From Dehalococcoidia bacterium (GTDB taxonomy: Bacteria; Chloroflexota; Dehalococcoidia; Lucifugimonadales; CAJWER01), in NCBI GenBank assembly GCA_965222445.1, contig CBDCTY010000002.1, forward strand, positions 365,279-429,278: a stretch of DNA of 64,000 bases. Reading direction: 5' to 3'. The notes below the pieces were generated by a model, which was not told the origin of the DNA, did no database searches, and saw only the letters and a program-made list of their open reading frames with translations. Below are positions 18,758-26,560 of the stretch, in pieces. Each line of letters starts with the position of its first letter. Within the stretch, counting starts at the first letter, position 1. Both the position numbers and the translations under genes were made by a program.

Positions 18758-20503
18758 ATGTATGGGCGGTGGCCAGATGCGCCAGATGCGCCAGGGCTCG
18801 CAGAGGGCCCAGCCCCCGCCGGAGGTGCGGCATTGTTCGATAGCAGGCTGTTCGCGAGGTGGTGGATACTCCCGATTGTGTTGCTGTTTTTGCTAGGGGC
18901 CTTGGCCTGCGGCAGCGCCGACGACGAAGAGGGCTACTATGGCGATTCTGCATCCGCACCCACCCAGCGTGCGCCTATCGCGGTTTCCGATGCGCCTGTG
19001 CGCTCCGAGTCGCAAGCCGCCGCCGCTCCGGGTGCCCCGGGCCTCCCGGGCCGGCCTGGTCCTCTGGGCGATCCGGGTGCTCCGGCTGCCGCGGCCAAGT
19101 TTGCAGCGGGCGACGCGTCGGTAGAGTCGAGCGTGTCTTCCGGCGAGCAGCTTGCCCAGCTCGTCGTGCAGCAGCGGATCATCATCCGCACGGTCGACAT
19201 GGGTGTCGAGGTCGACGACGTGGGCGTTGCCATCGACGATATCGGTGAGCTGGCGAAGAGGATGGGAGGCTGGATCGTCTCGTCCAACAGGCCGCTGATG
19301 CACACGGGCTCCGTCTCGGTCCGCGTCCCGGCGGACATGCTGGACCAGGCGGTGCTGGAGATCAGGGCGCTCTCGCTCAGGGTGAAGTACGAGAGCTCCG
19401 ACAGCCGGGATGTTACCGACGAGTACGTCGACCTGTCCAGCCGGCTGAAGAACACGAAGGCGACCGAGGAGGCGCTGCTCAAGCTGCTGGAGCGCGCGGA
19501 GAAGGTCGACGACGCGCTGGCCGTGCAGTCGAACCTCTCGAGGGTCCAGGAGGATGTGGAGCGACTACAGGGGCGGATCAAGTACCTGGAGCAGACCTCG
19601 GCCTTCTCGCTCATGAACGTGTCGCTGTCGGAGGAGCCGCGGGAGATGGTGCCCGACGCCGGTCCGGACGTGAGGGCGGGAGTGGGAGAGCCGATCAGGT
19701 TCCGGGCGTCCTTCACGCCGTCAGACGGCATCGAGAGCTTCGACTACACGTGGGACTTCGGCGACGGAACGGGGGTCGTTGCCGGAAACCGCACGGCCCC
19801 CACGGGCGACGGGAGCCGCAGGGTGACTGCGACCGTCCACCACAGGTATGAGGACGAGAGGGACTCGCCCTACATCGTCCAGTTCAAGATCACGGGGTTC
19901 GGCGACGGAGGCTTGGCGGAGGGCGAGGACACACTCATCGCCACCGTCTCCAGGATTCCGAACATCGAGGTCTTCGCCGGCGAATGGATAGATGCCGAGG
20001 AGGGCGAGACGGTGGAGCTTTCGGGCTCCTTCACCAGGCCCGCCGGCATGACGGACATGAGGTACACCTGGGACTTCGGCGACGGGTCGAGCCCGGCATC
20101 GGGCACCCTGGAGGAGGGCGTGACGACGGTCGTCGACGGGCACATCTACTCGAACTACCGGCCCCGTCCGTACACTGCCAGGCTCACTATCACCGGTACG
20201 ATGGAGACGGGGGAGGTCGAGGGCTCCAGCACGGTGGACGTACGCGTCGAGGAGGCACAGGGGTGGGTCATAGGGGGATGGAGCTTCTCTGACCAGTGGA
20301 AGACCGCGGTCAGGACGCTGTCGGCCGTGGCGGCGGCCGCTCTCACCGGCTCGATATGGCTGCTGGTCTTCAGCCCCATCATCGCCATCATCGTGGGAGC
20401 GGCAATCTTCCTGGGGAGACGGGCAGGCTCCGCCTCCGGAAGGCGGGCGGCGCAGGCTGGTGATACAGACGGTGCGGGCGAGGACCCTCAGGCCGGGCCT
20501 TAG
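18758..20503 (+). CDS. DUF4349-like coiled-coil protein with two PKD-like modules and a C-terminal TM anchor
   Basis: Signal/TM with lipobox-like LGALAC, a GAPGLPGRPGPLGDPGAP Gly-X-Y run, and a DUF4349-like core (IIRTVDMGVEV..VTDEYVDLSSRLKN). YTWDFGDG occurs twice and a hydrophobic C-terminus follows. Start uncertain within ORF 18317-20503. Confidence 0.65.
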   Translation: MYGRWPDAPDAPGLAEGPAPAGGAALFDSRLFARWWILPIVLLFLLGALACGSADDEEGYYGDSASAPTQRAPIAVSDAPVRSESQAAAAPGAPGLPGRPGPLGDPGAPAAAAKFAAGDASVESSVSSGEQLAQLVVQQRIIIRTVDMGVEVDDVGVAIDDIGELAKRMGGWIVSSNRPLMHTGSVSVRVPADMLDQAVLEIRALSLRVKYESSDSRDVTDEYVDLSSRLKNTKATEEALLKLLERAEKVDDALAVQSNLSRVQEDVERLQGRIKYLEQTSAFSLMNVSLSEEPREMVPDAGPDVRAGVGEPIRFRASFTPSDGIESFDYTWDFGDGTGVVAGNRTAPTGDGSRRVTATVHHRYEDERDSPYIVQFKITGFGDGGLAEGEDTLIATVSRIPNIEVFAGEWIDAEEGETVELSGSFTRPAGMTDMRYTWDFGDGSSPASGTLEEGVTTVVDGHIYSNYRPRPYTARLTITGTMETGEVEGSSTVDVRVEEAQGWVIGGWSFSDQWKTAVRTLSAVAAAALTGSIWLLVFSPIIAIIVGAAIFLGRRAGSASGRRAAQAGDTDGAGEDPQAGP

Positions 20504-20505
20504 GA

Positions 20506-20988
20506 ATGGCCGCGACCAGGCACTTCACGGCAACCGGGTTCGTCGTACACGGGGGCAGCGTGGCCCTGCACTGGCACCCGAAGGTGAAGGCATGGCTGCC
20601 CCCTGGGGGGCACATCGAGGCCAACGAGGACCCGGTGCAGGCGGTCCTGCGCGAGATCGAGGAGGAGACGGGCCTAGACGCGGTCGTAGTCCCGACCGCC
20701 ACGCGTCTCGATCTCCAGTACCCCGAGCACGTTCAGCCGCCGTTCACGATCATGATCGAGGACATCCACGATCCCGTCGACGGCTACCACCAGCACATCG
20801 ACATGATCTACTTCTGCCGTCCGGCGGGGGAGCCCGGCGCGATGAACGACGGCTGGCGCTGGATCGACAGGGCGGTCCTGAGGGCCGGGGCTACCATCGA
20901 CGCAGGCGGAGGCACTTCTGAAGCGCCGCCGGAGGACGTACGCCTGCTCGCCGAGTACGCCTTTGCGCTGATCGAAGGGGCGCAGTAG
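20506..20988 (+). CDS. NUDIX hydrolase
   Basis: The Nudix box is GGHIEANEDPVQAVLREIEEETG. Confidence 0.9.
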   Translation: MAATRHFTATGFVVHGGSVALHWHPKVKAWLPPGGHIEANEDPVQAVLREIEEETGLDAVVVPTATRLDLQYPEHVQPPFTIMIEDIHDPVDGYHQHIDMIYFCRPAGEPGAMNDGWRWIDRAVLRAGATIDAGGGTSEAPPEDVRLLAEYAFALIEGAQ

Positions 20989-21018
20989 ACACTCGGCGAG
21001 GTCTTGAACCGCCGCCCG

Positions 21019-21032
21019 AGGGTATATACCCT
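21019..21032. promoter_or_regulatory. perfect 14-bp palindrome AGGGTATATACCCT (possible operator/-10 region) upstream of the GYD gene
   Basis: Seen directly. It lies about 35 nt upstream of the GAGGAG RBS and the ATG at 21068. Confidence 0.3.
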
Positions 21033-21067
21033 ATGCCGCGTCCGGTGGTCTAGCGAGGAGGCGGCCA

Positions 21068-21397
21068 ATGCCCAAGTTCCTGGTGCGATTCTCATACACG
21101 AGAGAAGGACTTCAGGGCCTCGTGAAGGAGGGTGGCACCTCCCGCCGCGACTCCTTGGCGAGAACAGTGGAAGCCGTGGGAGGGACGCTCGATGCCTTCT
21201 ACTACGCCTTCGGCGATCACGACCTGTACGCCATCGTAGAGGCGCCCGACCAGGAGGCGATGACGGCCGTCGCTCTCACGATAGGCGCGTCGGGGTCGGC
21301 GTCGTGAACACGACCGTGCTGGTGACGCCCGAGGAGGTCGACGGCGCCGTGAATCAGGAGCGTAGCGTACCGGCCTCCCGGACATGACGCGGGGTAG
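21068..21397 (+). pseudogene. GYD-domain protein gene with two compensating frameshifts
   Basis: Frame A gives MPKFLVRFSYTREGLQGLVKEGGTSRR...FYYAFGDHDLYAIVEAPD..ASGSAS*, stopping at 21307. Another frame gives VNTTVLVTPEEVDGAVNQE (about 21306-21362). Frame A then resumes with AYRPPGHDAG* (21365-21397). Confidence 0.6.
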
Positions 21398-21427
21398 GCC
21401 GAGAATGCCGAGCAGGGGGTTGATCCA

Positions 21428-22288
21428 GTGAAGCTGTACATACTGGGCGCAGGCACACCGGTGCCGTCGCCGGAGCGATTCGGCTCTTCATACGTGGTCC
21501 AGGTGGGCGGCGACCACATCATGTTCGACTGCGGCCCGGCGACGACGCACAAGCTGTCGAAGGCCGGGCTCAGCCCGGTCCAGATCGACTACCTGCTGTT
21601 CACACATCACCACTACGATCACGACGTGGACTACCCGTGCTTCCTGCTCAGCCGGTGGAACCTCCACGTCGGCGACGAGAACGAGCTCCAGGTGTTCGGG
21701 CCTGCGCTGACTGAGCAGCTCCACCACCGGCTGATGGACGAGCACCAGGGGGCGTTCGCCCACGACTGGATCGCGCGGATCAACCACCCCCTTAGCCTGA
21801 ACGCCTACACGAGTAGGGGCGGAGTACTGCCGAGACCGGAGCCGTCCTTTTCGGTATCGGACATAGGCCCCGGGAAGGTGTGCCAGGGCAGCACGTGGGA
21901 GATCACGGCGGCCCCCGCCGAGCACGTTGAGCCCTGGCTGGACTCTCTGGCCTATCGGATCGAGAGCGAGGAGGGCAGCATCGTCGTCACGGGCGACACG
22001 CGGCCCTGCCAGACGGTGACAGACCTGGCGTCGGATACCGATGTCCTGGTATGCCTCTGCGTCTACGTGCAGGAGGAGATAGAGGGCACGCCCGAGGCCG
22101 AGTACATGTGCGGCAGCGTCACGTGCGCCGAGATGGCGCGCGACGCGGGCGCGAAGAGGCTCGTGCTGGTACACCAGGCCGAAGAGCTGGACTCCCCCGG
22201 CGAGACCGAGCGCGCCCTGGCCGACATCACCCGGATATACGACGGTCCCGTGGTGTGGGGGCGCGAGCTGATGGTGCTGGAAGTCTGA
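21428..22288 (+). CDS. MBL-fold metallo-hydrolase (RNase Z/arylsulfatase-like), copy 1
   Basis: THHHYDHD metal-binding motif. GTG start. Confidence 0.85.
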   Translation: MKLYILGAGTPVPSPERFGSSYVVQVGGDHIMFDCGPATTHKLSKAGLSPVQIDYLLFTHHHYDHDVDYPCFLLSRWNLHVGDENELQVFGPALTEQLHHRLMDEHQGAFAHDWIARINHPLSLNAYTSRGGVLPRPEPSFSVSDIGPGKVCQGSTWEITAAPAEHVEPWLDSLAYRIESEEGSIVVTGDTRPCQTVTDLASDTDVLVCLCVYVQEEIEGTPEAEYMCGSVTCAEMARDAGAKRLVLVHQAEELDSPGETERALADITRIYDGPVVWGRELMVLEV

Positions 22289-22334
22289 CGAGACGCAGGG
22301 CAGGCCGAAGAATCCCGAGCAGGGGGGCGCACCA

Positions 22335-23195
22335 GTGAAGCTGTACATCCTGGGAGCAGGCACGCCGAGACCGTCGCCGGACAGGTTCGGCTCCGCATAC
22401 GTCGTGCAGGTGGGCGGCGACCACATCATGTTCGACTGCGGCCCGGCGACGACGCACAAGCTGTCGAAGGCGGGGCTCAGCCCTGTGGATATCGACTACC
22501 TGCTGTTCACACACCACCACTACGATCACGACGTGGACTACCCGTGCTTTCTGCTCAGCCGGTGGAACCTCCACGTCGGCGACGAGAACGAGCTACAGGT
22601 GTTCGGACCGGCGCTGACTGAGCAGCTGCACCACCGGCTGATGGACGAGCACGAGGGGGCGTTCGCCCACGACTGGATCGCGCGAATCAACCACCCCCTT
22701 AGCCTAAACGCCTACACGAGCAGGGGTGGTGTGCTGCCGAGACCGGCGCCGTCCTTCTCGGTGTCGGACATAGGGCCTGGGAAGGTGTGCCAGGGCAGCA
22801 ACTGGGAGATTACGGCGGCCCCCGCCGAGCACGTCGAGCCCTGGCTGGACTCGCTGGCCTACAGGATCGACAGTGAGGAGGGCAGCATCGTCGTCACGGG
22901 CGACACGCGGGCCTGCCGGTCTGTGACTGACCTGGCGTCGGACGTCGACATGCTGGTCTGCATCTGCGTCGACATAGAGGACAAGGTGGCGGGTACGGCC
23001 GAGGCCGAGTACATGTGCCACAGCGAGACGTCAGCCGAGATGGCGCGGGACGCGGGCGCGAAGAGCCTCGTGCTGGTGCACCAGGCCTTTAGTATGGACG
23101 AACCCGGACTGACCGAGCGCGCTCTGGCCGACATCACCCGGATATACGATGGGCGCGTCGTGTGGGGCGAAGAGCTGATGGTGCTGGAAGTCTGA
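22335..23195 (+). CDS. MBL-fold metallo-hydrolase, copy 2
   Basis: 286 aa, colinear with copy 1, same THHHYDHD motif. Confidence 0.85.
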   Translation: MKLYILGAGTPRPSPDRFGSAYVVQVGGDHIMFDCGPATTHKLSKAGLSPVDIDYLLFTHHHYDHDVDYPCFLLSRWNLHVGDENELQVFGPALTEQLHHRLMDEHEGAFAHDWIARINHPLSLNAYTSRGGVLPRPAPSFSVSDIGPGKVCQGSNWEITAAPAEHVEPWLDSLAYRIDSEEGSIVVTGDTRACRSVTDLASDVDMLVCICVDIEDKVAGTAEAEYMCHSETSAEMARDAGAKSLVLVHQAFSMDEPGLTERALADITRIYDGRVVWGEELMVLEV

Positions 23196-23259
23196 CGCCA
23201 GCAGCGTCTTTCGACATGAACGACTACATCGAGGACATCAGCGGGAGGGGACGCCCGGC

Positions 23260-24207
23260 CTAGCGTTGGCGAATGATGTACCTGTCCCGCTCCCACCGCG
23301 AGCTAAGGAGGGGACTCGCCTCCAGCAGTCGCTGGAGGGTCTTGTACTTGGAGGCGCTCAGCTTGCCGACACCCAGGACGCGGGCCGCGTCGTTGGCGGC
23401 GGTGCTCCCGGCCATCTTGTCGCCGGAGTTTGGCGCCCGCTCCAGCCATGCCTCGTCAATCCCCTTGTGCCACGTATCCGTCTGCTCCGCGCCCTCGACC
23501 AGCTCCACGGACATGTTGCCGCCGCCCCTGGGCCGGGTGACCGACACCTCCGAGGACGCCTCCAGGTACCGTGAGAAGGTCGAGTACCCCAAACCGCGGT
23601 AGTCGAAGCTCGGGTCCATCCGCTGCATCGTCTCCATCAGCTTGCCGCCGTTGATCTGGCCCTGCGCGTCCATGCCGGTGCGCACGGCGCGGATGAGCAG
23701 GCTCTCGCCGGACGTCTCCTCGGTCGTCTCCGCAGACTTGGCCGACGTGCTGGCCTGGTCCAGGTAGTAGTAGCGGTCGCAGGACCTGACGAGAGTCTGG
23801 GAGACACCCTTCTTGCGCCCGCCGCCGATGACGCTCTTGCCCGCCGCCCTCAGCCGGCTGACCAGCGGCACGAAGTCCGTATCCGACGACACGATGACGA
23901 AGGTGTCGACGGGTGAGTTGTACATCAGCTCGACGGCGTCTATGGCAAGTCGGATGTCGCTGGAGTTCTTGCCTGATGCGGAGTGGAAGAGGTGGATGGG
24001 CTCGATGCCCAGCTCGAGAAGCTGGTCGCGCTGCCGCTTCTGGTCGCGGCCCGAACCGGCCTGCGACCAGTCGGCGTAGGCCCGCTTGACGATGACCCTG
24101 CCGTGGTCGGAGACCTGGTCGAGGAGCCACTGTATCGCTGTCAGCCCCACGTTCTCGTAGTCTATCAACACCGCTACCTGCCGCTCGCCTAAGCCCTCTG
24201 TCGCCAC
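23260..24207 (-). CDS. NYN (LabA-like) domain protein with C-terminal OST-HTH/LOTUS-like domain
   Basis: VAVLIDYENV and FVIVSSDTDFVPLVSRLRAAGKSVIG are NYN signatures. The C-terminal half resembles OST-HTH. GTG start. Confidence 0.75.
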   Translation of the reverse strand: MATEGLGERQVAVLIDYENVGLTAIQWLLDQVSDHGRVIVKRAYADWSQAGSGRDQKRQRDQLLELGIEPIHLFHSASGKNSSDIRLAIDAVELMYNSPVDTFVIVSSDTDFVPLVSRLRAAGKSVIGGGRKKGVSQTLVRSCDRYYYLDQASTSAKSAETTEETSGESLLIRAVRTGMDAQGQINGGKLMETMQRMDPSFDYRGLGYSTFSRYLEASSEVSVTRPRGGGNMSVELVEGAEQTDTWHKGIDEAWLERAPNSGDKMAGSTAANDAARVLGVGKLSASKYKTLQRLLEASPLLSSRWERDRYIIRQR

Positions 24208-24279
24208 TGTGAGTTTCCTCTATTCCGTCAAACTAGATCTTGGTGTCGAATGATAACAGGTTGCGCCCCGGAGGCGCGG

Positions 24280-24624
24280 TCAGCCCATCCCGCCCAGAGA
24301 CTTGCCGCCCAGTACGTGCAGATGCAGGTGGTCGACCACCTGGCCTGAGTCCCAGCCCTGGTTCACGACGAGCCTGTATCCGGTGGAGTCCACGCCCTCG
24401 CTGGCGGCGGCTTGGTGGGCGGCTGCAAACATGGCGCCGATCGCTTCGCGTTCGTCCGCCGTCAGGGTCGACAGGGACACGATGTGCCTGTTGGGTATGA
24501 CCAGCAGGTGTACCGGGGCCTTCGGGTCGATGTCCCTTATTACGAAGCAGTGGTCGTTGCGGAGGAGTACGTCGCCCAGAATCTCGCCGTCCCTGATCTT
24601 GCAGAATATGCAGTCGTCAGCCAT
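24280..24624 (-). CDS. HIT-family (histidine triad) nucleotide hydrolase
   Basis: CIFCKI and HLHLHVLGG. The ATG at 24624 gives MADDCIFCKI. Confidence 0.9.
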   Translation of the reverse strand: MADDCIFCKIRDGEILGDVLLRNDHCFVIRDIDPKAPVHLLVIPNRHIVSLSTLTADEREAIGAMFAAAHQAAASEGVDSTGYRLVVNQGWDSGQVVDHLHLHVLGGKSLGGMG

Positions 24625-24648
24625 GAATCTTACCACCTGTCATGTCGG

Positions 24649-25197
24649 CTAGCCCGCGAAGAGGGTGATTTCGAGCCACTCCAGGAACTCCATCACCACC
24701 ATGAGGGGCACGAATCCTACTGCCACCACGTATATGGCGCGAGACTCCTCGCTGTAGCCGAAGAGGCTGCGGACGGCAATGAACATCAGCGCGATCTGCC
24801 AGAACGTGGCTGCGTAGGAGATCACGATACCCAGGGCGGGAATGAAGGCCAGGCTCCGGAAGAGTCTGGGGGTCATGGCGAAGCCCAGCACGCGGGCGAC
24901 CTTCAGAGGGTCCGGGCCGTCCTGGCCTGCTCCGTAGTCGGTCGGGAGCGGCGGGAAGAGCCTGTGTCCGACCGCCCAGACGGTCAGGCTTAGGACGCCC
25001 CACCAGATCACCAGCTGGACCATGTGCAGCAGGATGAGCTCCGGGCCTCCGGCGGCAAGGCCGAGCACGCGGGCTACCGCACTGAGCAGGACGATCATTC
25101 CCGCCTGCGTCAGGGCCGTGGGGTCGCCGGCAATCTCCAGGTACAGGCGCTCGTCGAAGCTGAGGGCCCGGACCATCCTGCCGAAGATCGCGTTCAT
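24649..25197 (-). CDS. Yip1-domain membrane protein
   Basis: The N-terminal YLEIAGDP..TQAGMIVLL segment is followed by about 5 TM helices. Confidence 0.55.
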   Translation of the reverse strand: MNAIFGRMVRALSFDERLYLEIAGDPTALTQAGMIVLLSAVARVLGLAAGGPELILLHMVQLVIWWGVLSLTVWAVGHRLFPPLPTDYGAGQDGPDPLKVARVLGFAMTPRLFRSLAFIPALGIVISYAATFWQIALMFIAVRSLFGYSEESRAIYVVAVGFVPLMVVMEFLEWLEITLFAG

Positions 25198-25225
25198 ACG
25201 AAGTCAACGCCGCGCTACGCAGCCC

Positions 25226-25618
25226 TCACGGCCGGTGCTGGAGCAGCTCGATCCGAGCGCCTCCCGGGGCCTTTATGAAGGCTATGATAGGGCCGTTGGC
25301 CACATCCACGGGCCCTTCCATAAGCTGGGCCCCCATGCTGGTCAGTCGCGGGATCTCGGCCCCCATGTCCTCGACCTTGATGCCGATGTGCTCGAGTCCA
25401 TAGTGGGCGCTGGCGTCGGAGTCGCCCATCTTCTCGTCTGTGCGCGCTCCCGATATGTTCACCAAGGCGCCGTCGGAGGTCTGGCAGCGGATGAACCTGT
25501 CGCCCCAGGGACGGACTGCGTCGCTCAGTATCTCGAAGTCGAAGGCGCGGACGTACCAGTCGGCTACAGCCTTCGGGTCTACGGCTTTCAGGTGAACGTG
25601 GTCGAACTCGTAGGCCAT
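25226..25618 (-). CDS. VOC-family (glyoxalase/bleomycin-resistance fold) protein
   Basis: FDHVHLKAVD and GLEHIGIKVED paired beta-alpha-beta-beta-beta modules. Confidence 0.8.
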   Translation of the reverse strand: MAYEFDHVHLKAVDPKAVADWYVRAFDFEILSDAVRPWGDRFIRCQTSDGALVNISGARTDEKMGDSDASAHYGLEHIGIKVEDMGAEIPRLTSMGAQLMEGPVDVANGPIIAFIKAPGGARIELLQHRP

Positions 25619-25797
25619 CCCGGGGTCCTCCGTTCGGTGTTGCGATTTCCGACATTCAGACTAGGTTATCGTCGGCGGGCATGTCAAGGCGGCGCACGGC
25701 CGGTTGTAGATGTTCAATGATTATGTCAGGGTGGACAATGAAGGGAGGAAGGGCAATGCAGTCATACCTCGGGCGCGGGCCGTAGCGGTTTCTCCTA

Positions 25798-26454
25798 GTG
25801 GGCATCCTCATTGCGGCCGCTGTTGCTTGCTCCTCAGGTGAGCCTGGCAATCCTGACGCCAATGCGGAGCAGGCTGTGCGGACCATCGACGTGGCCGACC
25901 CGCCATCCCTGGACGGCCAGGTCTTCGTTAGCGACAAGGGTTTCATCAAGGTGGGCATCGGTATAGATAGTATCGATGACGTGTACCCGCCTGGGCTCGA
26001 TCCGTCTTGTGTCTCTCCCGGGCCTGGGTATGCCTTCCCTGCCTTCCCTGCCGCGTATGCCCCTCCGGCGGGTTCGCCGCCGGTGCCCAGCTACCTGCCG
26101 AAAGGGTTCGCCCTGAATAAAGAGATCCGCCACGGCGACAGGCACGTCGCAGATTCGTACGTAGATGCTGGCCGCTTCAGCGTATCGCACTGGACATGCG
26201 GCGGATTAGCTCTCCAACCCGAGGCCCACTGGGAGTTGGTGACCGTCGCAGATCACTGGGGCATCATGTTCGAGGGCGCATGCTTTGAGGGGTCGGATGG
26301 CGGCTGCGATCGGGACCCCGACTTTGCTCGGACCCTGCGGTTCGAGACTGACCAAGGCTACGTTGAGATTACGAGCCTGGCTGTCCCTCTCGACAAAGCC
26401 GAGCTTGTCAAGATCGCCGAGTCCATGCCAGTATTCGACACACAGGGGTCTTAG
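25798..26454 (+). CDS. hypothetical secreted/lipoprotein
   Basis: GTG start and a lipobox-like AAAVAC. No family recognised. Confidence 0.45.
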   Translation: MGILIAAAVACSSGEPGNPDANAEQAVRTIDVADPPSLDGQVFVSDKGFIKVGIGIDSIDDVYPPGLDPSCVSPGPGYAFPAFPAAYAPPAGSPPVPSYLPKGFALNKEIRHGDRHVADSYVDAGRFSVSHWTCGGLALQPEAHWELVTVADHWGIMFEGACFEGSDGGCDRDPDFARTLRFETDQGYVEITSLAVPLDKAELVKIAESMPVFDTQGS

Positions 26455-26484
26455 GGGCCGGCCATAGGTTATTGGGTAGGATTT

Positions 26485-26560
26485 ACCCCTTTCGGCAAGC
26501 TCAGGGCAGGCTCTTCGACCCTTCCACAAGCTCAGGGGAGCCAGGCTCAGGGCGAACGTG
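26485..26560. repeat. GCTCAGGGC-type mini-repeats (three tandem cores)
   Basis: AAGCTCAGGGCAGGCTC, AAGCTCAGGGGAGCC and GGCTCAGGGCGAACG overlap the 3' end of purL. Confidence 0.6.

Larger units (their letters stand above)
21385..23198. repeat. tandem duplication (2 x ~907 bp) of an MBL-hydrolase gene with its leader
   Basis: Units starting near 21385 and 22292 both include the leader GGCCGA(A)GAAT(G/C)CCGAGCAGGGGG and the GTGAAGCTGTACAT start. Confidence 0.9.

Noticed and set aside
19020-19080. The Gly-X-Y run as evidence for a true collagen-like triple-helix protein.
   Set aside because: There are only six triplets, within a Pro/Ala-rich low-complexity linker. That is too short to call a collagen domain.
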